A stretch of 64,000 nt of DNA from Patescibacteria group bacterium (lineage in GTDB: Bacteria; Patescibacteriota; Patescibacteriia; Magasanikbacterales; UBA922), in assembly GCA_041651535.1 (NCBI GenBank), contig JBAZIZ010000002.1:1006-65005 (forward strand), in the 5' to 3' direction. Both the position numbers and the translations under genes were made by a program. The first letter of the stretch is position 1, and every line of letters starts with the position of its first letter. Below, in pieces: positions 57,687 through 64,000 of this stretch. The notes beneath the pieces are model-generated. The model searched no databases, was not told the DNA's origin, and worked only from the letters and a program-made list of their open reading frames with translations.

Positions 57687-60600
57687 TTATAAATTATTTA
57701 AAATATATCTAGTTCCTGGTCCTACCCAACCTGGATAAGGTGTAAGATTTTTATCTTTTTGAAAATTAATTACAGCTTCTTTTGTAAGTGAACCGAAATA
57801 ACCAGTTATGTTAAAATAATTAAAATAACCAAGATTTTTTAATTTTTCTTGTAAACATTTTACTTCTTCGCCATTTGAACCAATATATAAATAATTATTT
57901 AATTGACAACTAATATTATTTTTTATTTCAATATTTTCAATTCTATTCTCTTGGGCACCACAACTTTTTTTATATTTTTCAAAGGCTTTTTGAGATAAAT
58001 TACCAAAATATTCTGTTTCATTTCCTAGCGAACCTGGACCAAAAGAAGCTAACAAAAATCCATTAGCATTCAAAAATTTTTGTAAATCTTTTATTTCTAG
58101 ACCAGAATCACCTATTTTAAAATTAGAATCAAAATATTTTGAAAGACAAATATCATTTTCTTTTACTTCTTCTTTTATAATATTTTCTATCTTTTCTGTA
58201 ATTATTTCTGGTTTAACTTCACAATTTAAATTTACCTCTAAAATGTCCGTGCTTACGCCGTCTATTGAATTAAATTTAATAAAATAAATACCTTTATAAT
58301 TTTCTGATAAATTAAAAGTATTGTTAAATATTTTATTCCACATTATTCCTGAAAAATCTTCTGTTTTTGAAATAGCTATATCTTTTATATTTTCTAAATT
58401 TGGAAAATTTAAAGTACAATCTTTTATTTCAATGTCACTTACAGTAATTTTTTCATCACTATTTTTTATTTTAATTGGAGTAAATACAGGCATAAAAGTT
58501 CCACCACCATCATTTAAAGCAAAATTAGCTGTAAAAGACAAAGAAGAAGTAATATTAGCATCTGTCCTTGGATTTTGAGTGGAACCATCGGACCAATTTA
58601 CAAAATGATAAGTCGCATTTGGGATAGCAGTAACTGCGGAAGTATCACTACCATAATCAATTGTTTGGCTTGAATGTCCAGATAAGGTACCGTTTTCTCC
58701 AGCAATATAATTTACAGAAAAAGTATCAATAGAAAAATTTGCTGTAACTGATAAATTAGAATCAATATTTAAATCTGTTCTTGGATTTTGAGTTGAGTCA
58801 TCAGACCAATTTACAAAATGATAAGTCGCATTTGGGACAGCTGTGACAGCGGAAGAATTTTCATTATAATTTACTAATTGATTGGTATTCCCTGTGAGTG
58901 CTCCATTTGAACCAGCTGAATACACCAAAGTATATGGATAAGTTTTTAAACTAGCTTCATTCCAAGAATTTGGACTAGCAGAAAACCATGGTGTAAAATA
59001 TTTTACAATTCCGTCATTATAAAGAAATCTAGCTCGCCAATGATATCGAACACCGCCATACAAACCTGAAACTGTTTCTGTAATTGTCGTGCCATTTATT
59101 CCTGTATCATGCCAATTAGAACTTTCAATTAAATTTATTCCGGTAAAAGAATCTCCATATGGTTTTACTTCATATTGAAGTTTAGCATTACTTCTTCCTG
59201 TAAATGACTTTGCTTTGGCACTAATTTTAAAACTGCTAATACTATCAGACCAAGCTAAATTTGAAATTATATTATTTTCTAAATTTAATTGTCTATAATT
59301 TTTACTTAATCCACCTTTATTTCCATAATAAACAAAAGTTTTACCTTCATTAGTTTGACCATTATCATAATATTCCGCACCAATGATAATATCAGAATAA
59401 CCATCACCATTTACATCACCAACTGAGGAAACCGACAGACCATATTCTGAACTAGCTTGGTTACTCTCTGCTGTCCAATCTGCTACTACTGATAAACCAG
59501 AAGCTGAACCATAATAAACAAAAACTCTGCCTTCATCTGTTTCTCCATTGTCATATTTATAAGCACCAACTAAAATATCACTATAACCGTCAGCATTTAC
59601 ATCACCAGCTGAGGAAATAGATTTACCAAAATTAGCTGAAGCTTGGTTACTCTCTGCTGTCCAATCTGCTACTACTGACAAACCAGAAGCTGAACCATAA
59701 TAAACAAAAACTCTGCCTTCGTCTGTTTCTCCATTGTCATATCTAAAAGCACCGACTAAAATATCACTATAACCATCACCATTTACATCACCAGCTGAGG
59801 AAATAGAAAAACCAAAATTAGTATTTAATTGATTTTCATATACAAACCAATCAGGAGTTTCAGGTAAACCAGAAGCTGAACCATAATAAACATGAATTGA
59901 GTCAAAATAATTTGCTTCTTCTTCAATGTAATCATAAACATTTATAATAATATCACTCAAGCCATCACCGTTAACATCACCAGCTGAAGAAATTGCTGTT
60001 CCTACATATTCATTTGAATAATTTCCTTCTACTGACCAGTAAGTAGTTGATGACAAACCAGAAGCTGAACCATAATAGACAAAAACTTTACCAGCATTTG
60101 CCAATTCTCCAACATCATAATAATCAGCCCCAATAATAATATCAGAATAACCATCACCATTTACATCACCAGCCGAAGAAATTGCATCTCCAAAATAAGC
60201 ACTGGCTTGATTTCCTTCTAATGTCCAATCTGGAATTTCAGAAAGACCAGAAGCTGAACCATAATAAGCAAAAATTTTACCAACATCAATATTTTCTCCA
60301 ACATCAAATTTATGACTACTAATAATAACATCATCATATCCATCGCCATTGACATCACCAGCTGAAGAAATTGATTTTCCAAAATAAGCATTAATTTGAT
60401 TACCTTCTGCTGTCCAATTTGCAATTGTGGAAACACCGTTTGCTGAACCATAATATAAAAAAACTTTTCCTTCATTTGTTTCTCCATTATCATAATACCA
60501 AGCACCAACTAAAATATCATCATATCCATCACCATTGACATCACCAGCTGAGGAAACTTTATAACCAAAATAAGCATTTGCTTGGTCACTTTCCTTTGAC

Positions 60601-62681
60601 CAATCAGCAATTGTATTTAATTTTTCAGATCCACCATAATAAACAAAAGTCGCACCTTCATTAGATTCTCCATTATCAAAATAATTTGCTCCAACCAATA
60701 TATCACTATAACCATCGCCGTTAATATCACCAGCTGAGGAAACAACCGTGCCAAAACGAGCTTCAGTTTGATTTGAACCAGCTGACCAATTAGCTGACGA
60801 AGATAAACCAGAAGCTGAACCATGATAAACAAAAACTACACCTTCATCAGATTCTCCCTCATCATAAAAATTAGCACCAATTATAACATCACCAAAACCA
60901 TCACCGTTAACATCACCAGCGTCAGATACAGAAACACCCAAATTAGCACTTGCTTGATTACTTTCAATTGACCAATTAGCTGACGAAGACAAACCAGAAG
61001 CAGAACCATGATAAACAAAAGCTGCACCTTCATTTGTTTGTCCATTATCAAAAACAAAAGCACCAATTATAACATCACTGTAACCATCACCATTAACATC
61101 ACCGGCGGAAGAAATTGAACTACCAAATCTAGCATCAGCTTGATTTATTTCCGTTGACCAATTTGTTGTTGTTGACAAACCAGAAACCGAACCATGGTAA
61201 ACAAAAACTGCACCTTCATTTGTCTGACCATTATCAAAAAAAGGGCAACCAACTAAGACATCACCAAAACCATCACCATTAACATCACCAGCAGAAGAAA
61301 CAGAATATCCAAAACTTGCACTTGCTTGGTCAGAATCTACTGTCCAATCAGGAGTTTCAGATAAACCAGAAGCTGAACCATGAAAAACAAAAGCTACACC
61401 TTCATTAGTTTCTCCAAGATCATATTTATAAGCTCCAATAATAACGTCACTGTAACCATCACCATTAACATCACCAGCGGAAGAAACAGAATAAGCAAAT
61501 TCAGCACTAGCTTGTCCGCCATCAGCTGTCCAATCAGGAGTTTCAGATAAACCAGAAGCTGAACCATAGTAAACAAAAGCCTTACCAGTATTTGTTAATT
61601 CATTAACAGTATAATAATCAGCACCAATAATAATATCAGAATAACCATCATTATTAACATCACCAGCAGTAGACACAGAAACACCCAAACTAGCACCAGC
61701 TTGATCCCCTAAACTTACCCAATCAGGAGTTTCAGATAAACCAGAAGCTGAACCATAGTAGACAAAAACTTTCCCAGCATCTGTTAACCCGCCCACATCA
61801 TAAAACCATGCTCCAACAATAATATCGCTGTAACCATCATTATTAACATCTCCTGCTGAAGAAACACTCCAACCAAAATAAGCATTTGTTTGATTTGATT
61901 CTGCAGTCCATGATGGCGAACTAGCAATTGGGTCTATAGTAATAGGATAAATTGCATTTGAGTCATCTATTTTTATAGATAAAACATTATTTTTTTCATT
62001 ATATTCAAAAAAAGAATTTAAAATATTATTATTAGCATCAAACACTTGTAAATGAGAAAATTCTATTTCTTTATTATTATTTGAAAAAACTATTTTTTCT
62101 TTAGAATTTGATTTTAAAATTAAATTAGTATTTATTTTTGCTTCTAAATTAAGATAATTATCTCCTAAAATTTTTTCTTTTATCGTAAATCCTTGTTCTA
62201 TTCCCTTTTCTGTATTTTTATACCATTCAGTCAAAATATTTTTATCAATAGAAAGAAAATTGGCTTCAGCTATTATCTTTCTTTTTTTATTTTCATTAAA
62301 ATTATAATAATTATTATTTTCTCGATTTAAATTATCTAGACTAAATGTCCAAAACCAATTAGAATTTTCATTTCTATCTTTTAGTGTCCAAAAATTTGAA
62401 TCAATAATAGATCTTAAATTTTGTGCTCTATTATTAAATAAATAACTATTTCTATCTGCTAAAAAAAAGTTATTATATTCTTCTTGTATAATATTATTTT
62501 TGACATTTTCCAACCAAGAATTATATTCAGTTTTTTTTAATACATTTGAAGTTATTTCTTGATTTTTTAAATTTTCTAATTTTGTATCTGTTTTTGCAAA
62601 AACATTGATAGGAAAAACTAAAGAAAATAAAATATTTATTGCCAAAAAATTATAGGCAATATTTTTAAAAATATTTTTCAT
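57687..62681 (-). CDS. Giant 1664-aa cell-surface protein with about 14 FG-GAP (integrin-alpha-like) repeats, two Listeria-Bacteroides-type repeats and two C-terminal peptidoglycan-binding domains.
   Basis: A signal peptide is present. The repeat ...SAGDVNGDGYSDIIIGA...VYYGSASGLS... recurs, with its Ca-binding DxNxDGxxD core. Two ~70-aa repeats follow (NATYHFVNWSDxSTQNPRTD). The C-terminus carries two PG_binding_1-like modules (LQKFLNANGF...GxxT..A...FQ). Confidence 0.75.
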   Translation of the reverse strand: MKNIFKNIAYNFLAINILFSLVFPINVFAKTDTKLENLKNQEITSNVLKKTEYNSWLENVKNNIIQEEYNNFFLADRNSYLFNNRAQNLRSIIDSNFWTLKDRNENSNWFWTFSLDNLNRENNNYYNFNENKKRKIIAEANFLSIDKNILTEWYKNTEKGIEQGFTIKEKILGDNYLNLEAKINTNLILKSNSKEKIVFSNNNKEIEFSHLQVFDANNNILNSFFEYNEKNNVLSIKIDDSNAIYPITIDPIASSPSWTAESNQTNAYFGWSVSSAGDVNNDGYSDIIVGAWFYDVGGLTDAGKVFVYYGSASGLSETPDWVSLGDQAGASLGVSVSTAGDVNNDGYSDIIIGADYYTVNELTNTGKAFVYYGSASGLSETPDWTADGGQASAEFAYSVSSAGDVNGDGYSDVIIGAYKYDLGETNEGVAFVFHGSASGLSETPDWTVDSDQASASFGYSVSSAGDVNGDGFGDVLVGCPFFDNGQTNEGAVFVYHGSVSGLSTTTNWSTEINQADARFGSSISSAGDVNGDGYSDVIIGAFVFDNGQTNEGAAFVYHGSASGLSSSANWSIESNQASANLGVSVSDAGDVNGDGFGDVIIGANFYDEGESDEGVVFVYHGSASGLSSSANWSAGSNQTEARFGTVVSSAGDINGDGYSDILVGANYFDNGESNEGATFVYYGGSEKLNTIADWSKESDQANAYFGYKVSSAGDVNGDGYDDILVGAWYYDNGETNEGKVFLYYGSANGVSTIANWTAEGNQINAYFGKSISSAGDVNGDGYDDVIISSHKFDVGENIDVGKIFAYYGSASGLSEIPDWTLEGNQASAYFGDAISSAGDVNGDGYSDIIIGADYYDVGELANAGKVFVYYGSASGLSSTTYWSVEGNYSNEYVGTAISSAGDVNGDGLSDIIINVYDYIEEEANYFDSIHVYYGSASGLPETPDWFVYENQLNTNFGFSISSAGDVNGDGYSDILVGAFRYDNGETDEGRVFVYYGSASGLSVVADWTAESNQASANFGKSISSAGDVNADGYSDILVGAYKYDNGETDEGRVFVYYGSASGLSVVADWTAESNQASSEYGLSVSSVGDVNGDGYSDIIIGAEYYDNGQTNEGKTFVYYGNKGGLSKNYRQLNLENNIISNLAWSDSISSFKISAKAKSFTGRSNAKLQYEVKPYGDSFTGINLIESSNWHDTGINGTTITETVSGLYGGVRYHWRARFLYNDGIVKYFTPWFSASPNSWNEASLKTYPYTLVYSAGSNGALTGNTNQLVNYNENSSAVTAVPNATYHFVNWSDDSTQNPRTDLNIDSNLSVTANFSIDTFSVNYIAGENGTLSGHSSQTIDYGSDTSAVTAIPNATYHFVNWSDGSTQNPRTDANITSSLSFTANFALNDGGGTFMPVFTPIKIKNSDEKITVSDIEIKDCTLNFPNLENIKDIAISKTEDFSGIMWNKIFNNTFNLSENYKGIYFIKFNSIDGVSTDILEVNLNCEVKPEIITEKIENIIKEEVKENDICLSKYFDSNFKIGDSGLEIKDLQKFLNANGFLLASFGPGSLGNETEYFGNLSQKAFEKYKKSCGAQENRIENIEIKNNISCQLNNYLYIGSNGEEVKCLQEKLKNLGYFNYFNITGYFGSLTKEAVINFQKDKNLTPYPGWVGPGTRYILNNL

Positions 62682-62811
62682 ATATAAAATTTAAAAACAA
62701 AAAAACGACTGAATTTAGTATAAAATATTATAACAAAAAAATACAGTAAAGTAAAAAAAAATAATAATTATTTTTAAAATAATTATTATTTAATAAATAG
62801 CTAAGTAAATT

Positions 62812-63543
62812 TTAATTCAAAATAAAATTTGCTCTAACTGTGATCATTATTTCTTTTTGGATAGTAGCAGTATCGTACATTCCATATTCAGCAACATCAA
62901 CTGAATTTGGTTCTCTAACTTGGACAACCCCCATATCAGCACTTTCTAAAGTATCAACTTTACGAGAAGTACTTTTGGCGATTGCTTCAGCTCTTTTTTG
63001 TGCGTCAGCTACAGCTTCTGGTAAAAGATTTATTCTAGTATCTGGAAGTTTTGTGTAATAATATTCAGGATTATTACTTTGATATAATACATCCATGTTA
63101 ATTAAATCTTCAGTTTTCTTTGATAATTTTTGAACTTTTTCAATATCATTTGAAGTGATAGTAACTTGTTGAGTCAAATTATATTTTTTTTCTACTTCAA
63201 TATTCATGTCTTTGTAATAATTATATTCTTCATACATTGAAACTGGAGAAATTTCATATTCTTCTTCTGTAAGACCATTATCTTTCAAAAATTTAGCAAC
63301 TTTTGCTTCATCCATTTTCATTTGAGCATAACCACTTTTTAAATTTGATTCAGTTATTGAACGAGAAAAACTGGCTTTTAATTTTGCTAAATCAGAATCT
63401 ACAGTTATAGTCGCTGAACCAGTAACACCTAAAGTGTTTCCCATTTTATTTATTTTTATCAAATTAACTGAATGAATTAAAACTCCGATGATCAGAGACG
63501 CTCCGATGATAGCGGAGGCAACAATATAATTTGTTTTCTCCAT
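62812..63543 (-). CDS. SIMPL-domain (DUF541) protein, a paralogue of 13562-14365.
   Basis: It has an N-terminal TM helix. Its domain layout is the same as the first SIMPL protein (GVTGSATITVDSDLAKLKASF...). Confidence 0.7.
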   Translation of the reverse strand: MEKTNYIVASAIIGASLIIGVLIHSVNLIKINKMGNTLGVTGSATITVDSDLAKLKASFSRSITESNLKSGYAQMKMDEAKVAKFLKDNGLTEEEYEISPVSMYEEYNYYKDMNIEVEKKYNLTQQVTITSNDIEKVQKLSKKTEDLINMDVLYQSNNPEYYYTKLPDTRINLLPEAVADAQKRAEAIAKSTSRKVDTLESADMGVVQVREPNSVDVAEYGMYDTATIQKEIMITVRANFILN

Positions 63544-63572
63544 ATTTTTTTAAAAATTAAAATTAATAAATA

Positions 63573-63896
63573 TTAAATATTTCTGTTTATCAATTCTTGT
63601 AATTTTTCTTTAGTAATACCCCCAACCATTTGATCAACAACTTGACCGTTTTTAAAAACTAAAAATGTTGGGATACTCATAATTCTATTTTGTCCAGAAG
63701 TTATTGGACATTCATCGACATTTACTTTACCAATTTTGATATTTTTTCCTTCGTTTTCTGTGGCTAATTCTTCAAAAACAGGCCCCATCATTTGGCAAGG
63801 TCCACACCAAGCGGCCCAAAAATCAACTAAAACTGTTTTGTCTGATTTTAATACTTCCCCCTCAAAATTTTCATCTGTAAAATGATATGCTGGCAT
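63573..63896 (-). CDS. trxA: Thioredoxin.
   Basis: The active site WAAWCGPC is present, and the 107-aa product has the thioredoxin fold. Confidence 0.85.
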   Translation of the reverse strand: MPAYHFTDENFEGEVLKSDKTVLVDFWAAWCGPCQMMGPVFEELATENEGKNIKIGKVNVDECPITSGQNRIMSIPTFLVFKNGQVVDQMVGGITKEKLQELINRNI

Positions 63897-64000
63897 ATTA
63901 TGTAAATTAAAAATTATTTTTTATATTATATAACTTTTGTCATTAAACTGGCAAGTGTGTGGATAACTTAAAAAAAGTAAAAAGGGAAAATTCAAAATGA

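Noticed and set aside
57687-62681. Highly periodic DNA repeats that could be mistaken for a CRISPR or satellite array.
   Set aside because: The periodicity comes from in-frame FG-GAP protein repeats inside one long ORF. There are no short identical direct repeats separated by unique spacers, and no cas genes anywhere in the window.

Overview
This is a very AT-rich window (about 25-28% GC by eye) from a small-genome bacterium. The gene content fits a Candidate Phyla Radiation / Patescibacteria-type organism: giant lysine- and glutamate-rich proteins, type IV pilus and competence genes, a split ComEC, a truncated UvrC, and weak Shine-Dalgarno sites. That taxonomic placement is an inference.

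The window is gene-dense and mostly on the minus strand. Recognisable housekeeping genes are fmt, an Elp3-like radical-SAM/GNAT enzyme, hup, the start of the dcw cluster (mraZ-rsmH-ftsL), uvrC, uvrA, uvrB, ligA, dnaB, ybaB, recR, leuS, trxA and a tRNA-Gln(CUG). There is a cell-envelope and glycosylation cluster: two GT4 glycosyltransferases, a GT2, a UXS-like epimerase, a sugar phosphotransferase, two CDP-alcohol phosphatidyltransferases, a GT-C-like membrane protein, an MFS transporter, an S8 protease and a Ca-binding secreted protein. There is also a type IV pilus and competence module: prepilin peptidase, pilin, a CheY-like receiver, PilM, and ComEC with a separate MBL-fold gene.

The most unusual features are as follows:
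- A 1130-aa LeuRS carries two inserted enzymatic domains, a Nudix hydrolase near the CP1 editing domain and an RBBP9/YdeN-type alpha/beta serine hydrolase. A stand-alone Nudix gene lies immediately upstream.
- A four-gene minus-strand operon of unknown function is dominated by a 2078-aa protein with an in-frame 387-bp tandem duplication.
- A 1664-aa FG-GAP-repeat surface protein has two peptidoglycan-binding domains.
- A family of short TTTTGAC / AAATCTAAAAT inverted-repeat intergenic elements occurs, some enclosing GC-rich cores.
- An unexplained structured-RNA candidate lies at about 33.95-34.15 kb.
- There are sharp compositional discontinuities, at 1-1700 and in several GC-rich islets.

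No CRISPR array, transposase or integrase was seen.
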